DNA of 64,000 nt from Schmidtea polychroa (lineage: Eukaryota): positions 39,806,001-39,870,000 of the forward strand of contig CM097885.1 in assembly GCA_044892525.1 (NCBI GenBank), read 5' to 3'. The translations under genes and the position numbers were made by a program. Every line of letters begins with the position of its first letter. Position 1 is the first letter of the stretch. A model generated the notes under the pieces. That model worked only from the letters and a program-made list of their open reading frames with translations, was not told the origin of the DNA and did not search any database. Shown here one piece after another: positions 26,058 through 43,059 of the stretch.

Positions 26058-29000
26058 TTTAAGACATTAGTGGTATTCTAAATTGAAATTAAAACTAATT
26101 TCTAAAATCAAATATTAATTAATTAGATCTATGAACAAAATAATTCTTTAAACAAATGAATTTTTGCAATATTAGATTCACAAAAATAAATTTTAATAAA
26201 AAAATGTATAGGGATTGGGTAAATTGTAGATCATTCAATATAAAAATGCTGATTTATAGGTAGGAGTGAAATAAAAGTATTACATTGTAGAGTAAAATAA
26301 AAGATGGTAAAATTTTAATTTTTATTTATAATAATATTAACATCGGGTTTTCGCAATAACAATACTTGCTTACAATATACCAGACAAAATCTTTACACAA
26401 CAGACTCATTTATGACTTTTTTGTATTCTTTGCAAGGCAGATGCTCTCAACATTAGAAGTCACCGAATAATTTTGTAATGATATTTTATCAAATATATAG
26501 TGGGATACGGCTTGTTGCGTTTGTTCATTTGAGTAGGGTGGTTAAAATAATTTCGTTCCAACATTTTAATGGGTATTGTGGATTTTTTGTATTTCTACTG
26601 ATAATATTCTTTCTTTTGCAATTATTCACTTTTTTCGTTTTTAAAAAAACATTAAATTAATTAATTTAATAAGTTTTAATACAATATTTTGGATATTTTA
26701 AAACTATTATTTATTTTCAATTATTTTTCTCCAACGACAAACAATTGAAGAATTATTAAAAAGTACATCTATCAACCAATTTTTGAGACGGTTGAAGTAC
26801 AGAGATCGACCATTTTTCTATTTCTTAACGAAACTGATACAAATACTTTTGATATTTTAAATGAGTTGACGTTGGAGTATTGGTGGCTAATAAAATTCTA
26901 CCGAAATCTTCCAAGTGTGATTACTAGGTTCGTGATACTTTTATAAGTAGATTAAAAAGCACAAATCTAGAAGACCAGTAATTTTTTCAGTAAGTAGTAA
27001 CTCAATTCATGAAAGGAGAAAGGATAGTTTATTAACTCAAATTTATTGGAAAAATTATTATAAATAACCATAAATTAAATAAAAACGACTCATTTGCGTT
27101 TATTTCAAGTCAAATATTTTCAGAATAATTCACGCATATTTCTTAAAAAGAAATCAAGTAAAACGGAAGCGTTAATTCATCCGTGACATTGTCATTCTAT
27201 TGAAATTTGTTAAGAATTTATATCCTATGCAAAAATAATTTAATACCTGACTAAATTTTCATTTCATTGACAAATGATTCATGAAAAATATGCGTTGGAA
27301 CTCAATAAGGCTTTCTATGAGTACCGAAAGGTGCGTACCTGAAAAGAAATTATGAAAATAACAATAAAAGGAATATGTGTATATATTAAATTCAAAATAT
27401 GTAGTTAATTTTTTAATTTCTATAATTTATTCAATTAACTAATATTTTTTGACAATTTTTATGCAAAAATCCGATTTTATGTATAAGTTTAATAATTATG
27501 CTTATCTCCTTTGTTCATATTTGGTTACACATGAAAAACTGAGTTCACAAGACCAAAAGGTAACTAACTTTAAAGGAGGAAAAAAAGATCACAGTGACAC
27601 TGGTGGAAACCGTCTACGAATCTGTACATGACAAAATTATTTCATAATTTTATCTGTAAGCCACTTTGTGTAACACTAGAAGTTTATTTAAAAATTACAA
27701 ATTTATTAATACATTCAATACGAAAAGATATTATTAGTCATACACCACTCCCAAATTGAATCCGCAATAAGCATATAATTTATACGTCATATATTATGTA
27801 ATTTTAATAAGCATATAATAACATTGTATACTTCACTAAATTGTGTACTCATTTTTCATTTTGATAGATGTGTATTGAACCTGATATATTTAGCATTCTT
27901 TCTGTGATTTTGACAGCATGCCAGTATTTAGTATTTGTGAATGCAACGAATAGTGTATACATTGTTTTGCTTATAGTATACTGACTTTGGAAATGGAGTA
28001 TCTTAAAAAGTATAAAAATCACAATTTTGTTATACACGAAATATGGAATGTTTTATAATTTATTATAATAATAATATATAATAATCAAGTTGTAATAAAT
28101 ATATATAAATATAAATTTAAAATTTATAGATGATCTTAAATTTAATAATGATATTAACAACGATATAAATTTTCATATGATTAACAGATTTATCTTTTGA
28201 GAAATCCTGGTTTAGAAAATCTCCATAAAGACGTTCCTTATTCACTGAAAATCAGTATAAAATTAATTTTCTAAAATAAAAATACTATTTTTATTTTTAA
28301 TTTCACTAATTTTTCATTGCCAATGAACAATTTTTTGCACTCCCAATCCAGACAAATCGAACAAACTTCGATTTGTCATGATTGAGAATTGATTCGGTGA
28401 TGAAACGGGTGGGAAATATTCTACACGAAGAAATTCCAATGGAAACAGCGTGAGAAATTATACATTTATATAGAAACTATATAATATAAATATCTGCATG
28501 GATAGAGAATTGACCTGGCTATGAGAAAAAGATTATCATTTCTACACTGGGTTGTAAATGCCGTGTTTTGCAAATCGACGTGTTTAGGGCAAGATATTGC
28601 GACCAAAAGATTGGGAGATTTATGACTAATTTGTCAAAAATTACAGACGATTTAAACGATGACTCGCTTCATGAAGCAGAATCAATTTTGTGTTAATTGA
28701 GAAAAAACAAATTCTTTCGGAAAGTGGAAAAATATGAAGTTTCCCTCAATCATGAATTTGATTTTTGTTCACTGGGAAAATTTTAACTTTTTAAATATTT
28801 TAATCGAAACAGATTTTTGATATAAATTTTTGATATAAAGTCAAAATGATTTAAAAATTTTTTTTAAATGAGTAGTTTTCAATTTATAAAACAAAGATTT
28901 TCCTATTATTTAATGCCGAAATAATGACAATATTATTAATTAATATTCACATGCTCTTGGTATTAACACATTGTAAATGATAAACATTAAATAAATAACT

Positions 29001-29139
29001 ATATCAGTCTTTGCTACAAATTTCATTCAAAGAGAGTTTTCTATTAAAACTGATCCTTTTTTTCCAATTCTAATCATAACTGATATTTATAATCCGAAAA
29101 CTGCTAAATATCTTTCTCCTTTTGCTTCTGTTACTGACT

Positions 29140-29378
<239 letters not shown>

Positions 29379-30637
29379 ATAAATGAGCTAAAGCATAATC
29401 AAATTTAAATATAAGTTATTCTTGTTTCACAAAGAAAATTAATCATGAATAGAAAAGCAATGCAGAAAATTGAAAAATTAAAAGACAATAAATTCTATTA
29501 GAAAATCTGCTCAAATAAAATAATATTTGCATTTTGTTGAAAATAGCGAAAGCGAAAAGAGAATTTAATAATCACCAGATATCTTGTATTTAAACAAAAT
29601 TAGGAAATTTCTTTGTTTCTTAGATAATTCAGAAAATGTTTCTATGGTAATATGCGACGGAATGTTGAGCTGTGTAAATTATTTTTCGCGATTTTTATTG
29701 AATTTTCATAAATAATTATTAGGAAATTAATAGAGAAATATTTTTTCTGAAAAATTTAAATTACAAACATGTAATTACTATAATTATATTTTGGTTATAT
29801 TTTCTTTTTTGTATTTTACCGACAATGATCTACAATGTCCTATAATCCACATATCATGATTGTCAAATAGCTCATTTGGTAGAAAGGTTTGTTTTGAGAC
29901 ACTCGAACTTTTGTTTTAGTTTTTGATTGATGCATAGATAGATAGAAATTAAATGTAATACTAATTAAATACTAATTAAATGTAATTATTTTATCTAATA
30001 ACAGGTTAATTAATTAAATAATTTATAAATTTATTGGAAACTTTAATAAACGTAAATTTCAAAAGAACTCATATGAGTACTAAAGTCAAGAATGTTGACC
30101 TAGTTTACTAACATTCAGAAAAAAGTTGAAGGAAGATATCATCTTAGAAAAGGTATTTTTTAAATGAAAAATATTAACTGATAATTTATTGTATTTTGCG
30201 CCAATAATAAAGGTTATTATTTATTAATGATACATATCCTTTATATTTATTTAAACTTGCTAAAATCATTTCATTTTTCTAAGAGGGGAAGAAAGTTGAA
30301 AAAAAATGCATGTGTATAATAAATATTTGAGGCATAATACAAAATAGGACTTTTTTTCGTTTATTTACAAAATGGAACACTTTGTTTATTAATTTACAAA
30401 ATAGAACACTTTTTTTAAAACCAGAACTTCAGTTAATATTGAAAGTTTTTATACAAATAAGATGATTTGAAATCATTGATTTCCAGATATAATTAATAAC
30501 ATTAAAAAAACCGAAAGCCTCTTTAAATTAAATCTTTTTATTAATTTTTTTTGTCTTGAGTTTTTCCAACAATATTTGAGCGCATCTATTAAAATAGTTT
30601 TTAAATTAATCGAAAAATAGAATGGTTTGAGAAATTC

Positions 30638-30677
30638 AGTGCCCCCACTAGCCCCCCCCCCCTCGTGGACGCCCATG
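30638..30677. mobile_element. Orphan hAT-type terminal sequence
   Basis: gtgcccccactagccccccccccctcgtggacgcccatg resembles the right end of the MITE at 39512-39748 (..gcccatg). Partner end not found. Confidence 0.55.
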
Positions 30678-31379
30678 TGACAAACCGAAATCCATTTTTA
30701 GCATTTTTTTTTTGATATTTTGAGAATTTTTAAAAAATTTGGACATTATGAATTTAAAAAAAATATAACCAAATATTTCATGTTTCTCATATTGTTATTT
30801 TACTAACTTTATCATTTTTCAAAAAATGCTTTAGAATTTAGAAAAAAATGCAAAAAGCAAAGACTGGCCCAGGAGACCCTCTAAATATTTTTATTCATGG
30901 TGGGAATTAACCTGTAAATGATTTGAAAATTCTTAATTTCAAAGCAATTACACAACCAATAAAGATTTTACAAATAATTCCTTTGGAAATAATTTAATTT
31001 CCCAAATCAAAGGCTTGTTTATTAAAAGTTTCAATTTGAATATAAAAATTTATTATAACAAAATAATTAATAATGAAATCTGTGAATTTTATGCAAAACT
31101 CTACAAGTAATATCAATTGCATTGAGATTTTTATAATTTCATAGAACAAAATGAGAAATAAAATACTAATTATATGGGATTTAGTTCTCATTGTAAAAAT
31201 AAGCCTCTTTTGAGTAATGAATTAAAGATTTTCATTATTAATTAATATTAAAAAAAATATTAATTTTATTTTTTGTTAAATGCATTATAATTAAAATTTT
31301 ACATATATGCATTTAATATAAAATTTTAAAAGTTTATATTGTGAACAAATAAAACAACTCATTCAACTTGTTAATGAAA

Positions 31380-31668
31380 TGTAGTAGAGTGAAGTGTGGG
31401 CTGCAGAAAATGGAATTTCCCACCTATCATGTTGCCAAAATGATGGCACCATACACCCATGAGGTATCGTCATCCTGATGACATTATTACATAATCACCC
31501 GATTTTTTAAAGTGGTTGCCATTTTGAATTATGCTATATTGGTTTTAAGTGATTACGAACTGACGTCATCGTCACTATGTAATTATTTTGTATATTATGA
31601 CATAATTTGGGCAACGTGATAATTGCAAAATTCATTGTACTGCAGCTCATACTTCATGTATTCTTTAC
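31380..31668. mobile_element. Foldback/MITE with long imperfect inverted repeats
   Basis: Left arm tgaagtgtgggctgcag..tatcatgttgccaaaat matches the reverse complement of the right arm (tgaagtatgagctgcag..tatcacgttgcccaaat) over ~80 bp. Confidence 0.7.
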
Positions 31669-32587
31669 ACATGCTTTTATTTATCAAATTAAATATATAA
31701 ATTCACGAAAATTAATAAAATATTTATTTAATAATAATGCCATTTATGACTTATACTATGAAGTCTATGTATAAAGAACTCTTTTGAAAGTAGGGCAAAG
31801 ATGATATTCAGTTTAAAAAGAATATTAAAGAAGATATTAACCTGCCTCATAATTTGACCTGTTATAAATTGACGGTAGCGTTTCTAGTTTATTTTTATCA
31901 GAATAAGCTTTTGCCAAATTATTTATTGGTTAATATATTAAATTAATAAAAATATATCATATCAACCAAAAAAGCAAATACAACTTAAATCTGACTCCTG
32001 TGAAAATAATATAAATATTTTTTATGCTAATATTCTTAATTTAAATCGAAATAAACAAACAAAACACATATTTTTATTATTTTAATAATTTACACTAATC
32101 AAAATATTTAAATTTGTAACGAGTCACCGTTTATACAAACATTGCTCAAGATTTAATTAAAAACAACACCTGTGTCACTAATTGTCCGTACTGTCTATTT
32201 CAACAGTAGGAGAAATCTATGTAATTTCGTGGTTTACCCTATCTTTCGCGACATGAGGTTCCTCGATGGTAAGTTATGCGAAATTAAACTTTAGCGACTA
32301 TTACTTCCGCGAAGCATATAATTATTAAACGATACAAATATAGTAAGATAAATTTTTTATATATAGTTCAAATGCGAAATGTTGATAACAAACATACAGT
32401 AATAGTCACGGATTAAAGAGTAGTGAATAAAACAACTTTCCAAAGATTTAGGTGGTTAAACTCATATTATACTCAATTTACTGTATGAATTCTGATTGGT
32501 GTATGAGTAATATTTGAGTAATATTATTATGTATGATTATTGTACTTGATCACAAATTAATTAATTGATTATTTTGTATTTATACAT

Positions 32588-32850
32588 GTTACAGTTAAAG
32601 TATAAACTTAGACAATGTATACATTAACTAAATAACGTATACATTTTCTAATAAAATACATAAATGTTATTCTAGTATGCCATGTTGCAATACAGCATAC
32701 TACCTATATATAACATGCATTATTATTTTATTATTGTCTAAAAATTTTACTACTAAAAAATTTACTAGTGACTGTATACTTTAACTGAATTTAAAACTTT
32801 AATTGTAATGTAAACTCTAACTAGTTAATGTATAAATTGTCTAAGTTTCT
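32588..32850. repeat. Inverted-repeat (foldback) element
   Basis: aaacttagacaatgtatacattaacta (~32603) pairs with tagttaatgtataaattgtctaagttt (~32822), 26/27. cagttaaagtata also pairs with tatactttaactg (~32775). Confidence 0.7.
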
Positions 32851-33241
32851 ACTACAAAGAAAAAATTATACAATAAAGTAGATTGTGTTACTAGAATTTA
32901 AATAATAATTTAATATTATATAAAAAGAATCGAAAGTATTTAAAATATAACTATTTCCAGTTATTATTAATTAAAATTAAGAAAAATTGAATTAATTAAT
33001 TTCATTTATCGACACCGGAATAAATAAATTCTTCAACTCAATAAATAATTTTGGCTATTCTAACTATATTTGATAATAAATTATATTCTCATTATCAAAG
33101 TTAATTGCCGTTTGGAATCCAGGCGATTAAAGATGGAATCCGGCAATCTCACAATTTTTTTATTCGACGTCTTTTATTCGAGACAAATAGTGTATGATTT
33201 TTCATATGTGACAAATATTTTTTTACTGAGTCAGTAAAAAA

Positions 33242-33920
<679 letters not shown>

Positions 33921-34935
33921 TTTTATGGGTATTGTTCAAGATATAATATATTAATTGTTGTAGCATGATGCTTAACTGTTATAGAAGAATTTGTAGAGCC
34001 CAACAGAGCCTCCTTTAAAAGCTGTACTGTATGTATATAATAGATGATAAAGATATTACAATTAGAAATTACAAATTACAAAAGTCAGCAATAGAATTGC
34101 AACAACTTTTATTAATAAAAGAAAATAAAACGCACTTTTTTGACAACGCAACAGCTATTCACTGTGAATCTTGAAAGATCGTTTGAAAGATAGAGTTTGA
34201 ATGATAGAATCTTTGTAAAACACTTAAAATTTTCCAATCTTTGAGAACGTTTGAATTTTATTTTAATTTAGAACTAAGAATAGAAAGGTATTTCAATATT
34301 GCAGATGAATACTGGCTTTGGAAACACTCGCTTCCAACTATAATCAGTGGTCGTTTTGTTATTTTTAGTCTTCAAAAAAATGAATGACTTCATTCGACTA
34401 ATTCTTTAGTTATATTAACTTTAACTCCTTTTTCGTATTTTTAAAATTATTTTAAGATCTATAATTGTCAATTTTTGTATTCCATATAGTAAGTTGGCAA
34501 GGTACTTACTATAGGGAATAAATATTAAAAAAAATAAGTATAAAATGAAAACAACCACAAAATATTTTTTTTTTGGGGGGGGGGTGACTTTTCATAACAA
34601 TAATAATAAAAGCGCGCCAAAAACATAGATTGGGAAAATATTAATTTGTTCAAATTTTTAAAAATATTATCAAAGAAAAGTAACGTCTATTATTGAAAAG
34701 TATGTTATTATAATTGTAATAGTTAAAATTGAAAAGTAATTCTATATTTAAATTAAAAACAAACTAAAATTGTTTTTAGACTACTAAAAATGTGTAATGT
34801 TTTATTAAATCTATAATATCTATAGTTTTCCAGTTCTACTCAATGATGACTGGAAAACTGTTGAAATACATCATAGAACGTATTTTTGAGTAGTGATTTT
34901 TAAAAACATTTAAATAATTTTAATAGTTTTTTAAT

Positions 34936-35175
<240 letters not shown>

Positions 35176-36361
35176 AATTTTCAAACCAGTTATGATTAAT
35201 TCTTTAAAATCTAAATAATTTACAAACTTCTAGAGAAAATTGAATCAAGACTTACAGTGAGAAAGTAACGACCAAATTATTATTATTGTTTCAATGAATA
35301 AACAAATACATTGTTTAAACAAGCTTGCAATCAATTAACATATCATAACTGAGGTACAAAAATAATTTTTCACAATTATTGTCTACTTCAAGTAATTAAT
35401 TTTTTTGTTTTAATCTTATTGATTTCTTGAAAAGTGCTTCAAAATTTCTATTAATTTACATAATCTGTGTTTCATTTCGAATATTTGTAGTGAATGAAAT
35501 AATTCATTTGGTTAAAATTATATTTTGTTTAATTTTAAATGTTTATTTGAAATTTTTTTTATGTATTCATTTTCTCATTAGAAAATGAATAATTAATTTA
35601 ATGTAAAATTACATTTTTATAAATTAATTAATTTAAAAATTTTTAGGTAATTTTATACTAATTATAAATTTCTTTACATAATAAATTTACACGAAAACTT
35701 TTTACAGGTTTATTTTAAAAGTGCTAACAAAAATCGAATGTTTTTTCATAAAAAGACAATAAATCAATAAATTTATTTTTTGATGGAACATTTAACAGTT
35801 GTATTTTTGCAAATAAAAATTCTTGTATACATCAATAAAAATTTTATTTTTTATATAAATCTTTAATTCATAAAACTCGATTTGACAATTTGTTGTTTTA
35901 TTTTCAAATTATTTTCAAATTCAAAATTTCATATTTTCTGGTGTTATTAAATTAACTTTTTTTAATTTAGCGATATTCGATGAAATTTTAAATGGCAAAC
36001 TAATTTCAAGTTTATTTGACTTTTATCAGTATAAAAAAATTCATTAATTCAATATATAATCGAGTAATCTTGCAAATACAATAGTGTAAACATTTCTAAA
36101 TTTCTTATCAAATATATATTTGACAGGCAATGGTTAAAATATTCATAGAATTAATGTGTCTAAAACCTGTAAGAATACAAACTAAATGCTACCATGCCGT
36201 ACAACGACTGAAAATTTCAATAAAATGACATCAAAAAATGACATCAAAAAATTTAATATTTAATATTTAATCAAATTTTGAATAACAGATTAGTTTTGAG
36301 TTCATTTAGGTATCTTTCAAGAAATATTTTAGTTGGGTCTTTCATTGAAGTTATTCATATT

Positions 36362-36680
36362 TTATTGTGCAATTATTGTCATAAACGCTGTAACAAAGTT
36401 TTCATAAAATAGTTCAAAATAGTTCAGCTGTTTGCAAAATCGCTCGCTCTCGACAATGAACTTCCGAACGTCATCGTCAATGTCAAAAGTATCTGGAGGT
36501 TTCACAAAGTTAGCCAGGAGCGTGATAACCATGTTAGATTACGATAACCGAATGTTGATTGTATCCATTAAATTAACAACTAAAATTGCAATATTCAAAA
36601 ATATATTATTATTCACAATATTCAAACAAATTATTTTGCACCAACAATATCTTGAGCAAGAAAACATAAGACACTTCATT
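36362..36680 (-). mobile_element. LTR-retrotransposon 5' fragment: PBS-like site and gag N-terminus
   Basis: ORF 36532-36362 (-) MVITLLANFVKPPDTFDIDDDVRKFIVESERFCKQL resembles a Gypsy gag start. PBS-like TGGTGC lies ~110 nt upstream (plus strand gcacca, ~36638-36643). Confidence 0.5.
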
Positions 36681-39404
36681 CTACAATCATTCTATTAATT
36701 TTAATTATATAATTATATTATTATTATTTACAATTATCATTTACATACCAAACTTATAAAATTCTAAATAAATTAATATACAATATTTAAATTAGTAAAT
36801 TAATGCAGTTAAATAACATGCGCCATTTAACTTTGTTCCTTATAACTATTATAATTTGATACCCCTTTTTAACAGACATCAAAAATATGAAAATACACAA
36901 GAAAAAGTAATTGCATTAAATAAAATTTCTAGTTTTTTTTAATTTTACTTTTAAAAATATAAAAAAATAATTGTTAAATAATGTTCATGTTATCTTTGTA
37001 ATATTTCTTTTTTGATTAGTTTTTATTAGCTTTTATTTTCATTGGTAATTTTTATTTGGTTTTCATTGACTCTTCTACCAGTTGTCTGACGGTATCCAAA
37101 AAAATTTTCATTATTATTCTTGAAATAATCATTGGTCGTTCTAATTTTCATGGTTCCAATTATTTATTATATTCCATCTCTTGTGTAAATTATAAAATCT
37201 TCTTTTTTTCCATTGTAAATGCATTGTAAAAGGAAAACGAAAATTAGGTTATTTTTAAATTTATAATGAAAAGAAATTGATTTAATTTTATATAACTGGT
37301 TGAATTAATTAATATAATTAATATATAAAAAATTAAAAAATTTACAAGTACAAAAAAAGTAGTTTAATGACTGAATTTCAGCCGAAAGCAATGACAATAT
37401 TATTATTGTTATGTATTAATTAAAAAAAATTAAAATTATATTAATATAAGCGTGATAAAAATGACTTATTGAAATTTAACAATTTGAAAATCATTCAGTA
37501 AATATATGTAAAAATTAAATATAATATTTTTAAAATCGAAATTGATAAAAATCTTTTTTATTTTTTTGTAGTAACGATCCGGTCTGTTACAAATCTATTT
37601 GCTGTATAATTAATCGTGTTGTACAATTTGATTTATTGGTGATTAAAAGCGATAAATAATAACAAAAATCGTTACAAAATGTAATTGAATAGAAATCAAT
37701 AAATAAAATTAAATAAATTTATTACTAATTAAATATTTTATTGTTTTCTGTGAAAAAATTCTCATTAATAACTGAAATAAATTATATCTAATTAGCACAA
37801 AGTTATAAATATTAAAAAATATGTATAAAAAATATTTATCATATTTATAAATATTTAAAAAGTAAAGTAATTAAAATTGTATTATTATTTTTTTAAATGA
37901 AGATAAAAAAATAGATAAAACATCATGTCGAAAAATAAATTATTGAAGTCATTGTCACTCTCCGTGATAAATGAATTAACGCATGGATCTCTACGTTATC
38001 CGCATATCTGCACCAATGATTTACATCATTCCTAAATTCATTCTGCTACACCAAAACACAAAAATTAATCTTTTAAAAAAGTTTTTTTTAAATACATAAA
38101 TTAACGCTAATACAAATATTTAATTAATTTTACTTTAAAATTAATTAATTTTTTATTGTAATACTTTTATGAATTTTTAATATTTTTTAGAATTTAAATA
38201 AATATGTAAACTTGATAATAACGTAGCAATTATATGTTCTAAATGGAGTTTTACTATCGAGAATATTTTCTAATAATTTTTTCATTTTAGCCAAATTTTT
38301 ATTTAAAAATTCAAAATTTTAAACATAAAAGCAAACATTTCAATTACTTTGCCTCTGTGGAATACAAATATTTCTCAAAATATTAATAATTTTAATGTCA
38401 CATTTTGATCATATTAAACGTAAATGCACTTGTTAGATTGTGCGTATTTTTTATTATAGAGATTTTGTGAACCGTGCTCGAGTGCAGTTATTTATTTTAT
38501 TTCTCTACGTGATTTTTTTTGTTTGTCTATATTTTAAACTTTTATTGAATGTAGATTTTGACAATGACACAAATATTTATTATTGACGGGTAATAAAGAC
38601 AAGAGAATCTATTAAAACCCATAAAATGTACAAATGGGCACATAATTCTGAATTCATTGTGCGTTAAAATATTTATTTAGAAATAGTATACGTTTGACAT
38701 CTATAGGTAGTTTTAGGCGTGCCATGCTATCACATAAAATAATCTATGTAAATTTACATTATCCTTTAAAAAATTAGTTCATGGAGGATACATTGATATA
38801 TTTGTTTCTGTTATTTATTCACAAATTAATCTATTATTTACAATAAAATAGATAAATGTAAAATAAATGATTTATATAAAATAAAAATTTGAAATAAATC
38901 TAAAACTAATTGATAAATTGAAATATAATAAATAATATGTTGATTATTTATCCCTTCCCAATGGGCCAATTGTGAATAAATGTAATAAATTGTATAAAAT
39001 TTTCATTTTGTATATAAAAATTATTTTTGAAAGTTATCGATTTATGTTGTTGTTTTGTTAAACTATTTAAGATGCAGTGATACGAAATTTATGTAAATTT
39101 TATTGCACATATGTTACGTATGGTTTTTCTGAATTTTTACCTTAAAACAATTGTCAAATCTTGTATCTAGCGAAAATACAAAACAAATTTGTCAAAAATT
39201 TCGTGAAAATAATCAGCCGACAATGTCTGTGCGATATAAAAATAATTTATGCTAACTGAGGACTTTAATATTGGTAATAAATAAATAATTCATCAACTAT
39301 TTCAATGAATTATTGTTTTTGCGGAGAGTTTATTTGACACTAACAACTACTTTTTTTTATTTTTAACTTCGTTCAATTTTTAATGAAATAATAATAACTT
39401 AGAG

Positions 39405-40520
<1,116 letters not shown>

Positions 40521-41125
40521 ACTTTTAAAATTCTTTTACTAAATATTTTTTTTTATACAAATCGAATCTCATGGCCTACTAATGAACACAAAGCTACGTG
40601 TATTATACATCTGGGAAATCAAAAATACCATGAATAGGAAAAGCTTTTAAGCAAGGTTTGTTCCAAAAAAATATTAATAAAAAAATTTATATAATCTTTT
40701 TTAAATGTTATTAAATGTTATTATATTCATAACTGGGTTCTGCCACCGTTAGCTCTATTCTAAACAGGTTTAAAGCTTGTGTCTGCTTAATGCTGTAAAC
40801 ACCGACATACTTATCAATTCCCAAAGGCTACAATACCGTTATATTATACTTTAGAATTTTTTTCCTGTCAAGTTACACACATTAAGGATACTGATACAGA
40901 TTTCAATGCATAATATAACTTGCTCATAGCATCGTTCACAACAAATCTATCCTTACCAAACCAATATTTATTTCTATTACAAATTAATTGGTCTTCAACA
41001 AGATTCAAACCCAAAATCCAAAGGATTTTACTACTCAGCCATAGGGTCAATTAATTATTATTATTATTATTATTATTTCTTAATAATTATAAAAAATGAT
41101 TTTTGAAATGGCATCATTAGCACAT

Positions 41126-41900
41126 CAATGGCGTAGTAAGGGTATCTGACGCCCGGGGCGATTTATAAATTACGCGTCTCTCCTCCCGTTATCAATGAAA
41201 TTAACCCCACACCCTACCAGCCTCCAAAGTGTATCTGTGGAGTCCATATATGAGTTTCTATCGTTCTTATACTATAAAATTAATTATTTTTTCCAAATTC
41301 ATTTTAGCCTTTTACAAATCACTGACGAATGTACACTTTCATATCGCAATATCAACTTTATTTAAATAGTTCTATTAATGATTTGATATTTTTACTTTTT
41401 TTATCACTCTTTTGATCATTTCTATGTATTTTATAACTTGTCTTGCTTTATACCCACTCATTTTACTTCATTTGGAAAATATTATCAAATGCAGACACTT
41501 GAAAATATAAATTGAACAATATAATAATGGAACAATCGCCATTAATATTAATGATATTCAATATCAGAACGTCCAACTTTACAAATAACATTTTGGAACC
41601 CTCGCTGTAAAATGTTGTATTCCAAGCAATCATTTCAATGGAATCATATTTGACATGAATACAAACTGTAAACTTTTTCATGGAAAGTTCAAATCATAAA
41701 TAGTGTTTTAATAAATGAGAAAAGATTATTTTGCAATATTACAATGTTTATTTATCTTCATTTAGTTTTCGACTATAAGTCAGTGTTTTCTTTTTAGCAC
41801 AATTTGCAGCATTGTATTTTTCGAATATTATTTCAACATGATTAAGCTTACTTTTGTTTCCGGTAACAAAATTAATTTTGTAAAATTTATAAACATATGA
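41126..41900 (-). mobile_element. Probable hAT remnant (ZMYM1/Tip100-like), very decayed
   Basis: Terminus-like caatggcgtagtaagggtatctgacgcccgggg at 41126 with adjacent broken coding-like sequence. Family assignment is weak. Confidence 0.4.
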
Positions 41901-43059
41901 TAATTTTGATTGTTGATAAATAAGCAATTTACTTATTTTGACATCTTTATTCTTTCAAAACGAGTTTTCTATGATAATAAATTAATTTTCATTCATTTCC
42001 ATTTTTATTAAGTTTAACGTCTTTGTGAAAAAAAATAATATTTAAATTTATTTTTTGTATTTCAAATATACAATTTTTTTAATACATTTAAAATTATAGT
42101 TTAATATTCAGATAATGATTTGTTAATTAACAATTAAATATTAAAACTATTATGTTAAAATTGTAAATGTTTTAATCTTGTTTTAATCTTGTCTTAAACA
42201 ATTAGTTTTATTTGAATTTGTATAAAATTATAAATCTTTAGACTTGAAGAAAATTTTTTTTATTAGCTTATAATAAGTACAATCGAAACAGTAAATTATT
42301 TTTTTATTATTTCTTAAAGAATATGCGAAAATCTTTAAAAATAAAATGACAGATTTCCATTAATTCAAATAAACAATAATTACTAACAATAGAAATTCTA
42401 TAAATATTAACAAATATTTTCAAAAAATAATCCAATATTCTATATTTTAAATTAATATTATGTATTTAAACAATTAATATATTTTAATAAAATATAAATA
42501 AAATCAGAAAATTTTTTTTCATAACACACTTTTTCCATTTATGTCTTTTTCTTTATATTGTCGGCACTAGTCTCGATTAATCGGTAAATTTATAATTAAA
42601 ATTAATTAATAATATATTTAGGAACCGATCACAAAATAATTAACAAATTTTATGAACACTATTAACTGTAAAAAATTTTAAAATGACCTCTTTAACATAT
42701 TTAAAATGAAAAAATCAACAAAATTAAAATCCCAATATCGGACAAATCAATTTCATTAAAACAATTATATAATGAAACATTAAAACAAAAAATTTGATTT
42801 AACGGAAAAAGTTATTGACAAATAAAGCTGTGAAGTTGTTTCATTATTTTAATAATTTATGTTTACATCTATTGAATAAATAAACAAAACTCTATCGATG
42901 TAAATTATCTAAAAGGGGAAATTCTTAATAAAACGGCCATATATTTCTATTTAAGAAAAATAAAAAAACAAAACACACTGACAGGGAGATTCAAACGAAT
43001 TTTCTCACAATTACGAAAAATTATTGTGAAAAAATGCCTTTGATGAACATATTAATCAT

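Noticed and set aside
41765..41785. gacttatagtcgaaa on the minus strand resembling the hammerhead stem
   Set aside because: There is no upstream CUGANGA and no flanking similarity to the PLE-end repeat. It lies inside a probable hAT relic.
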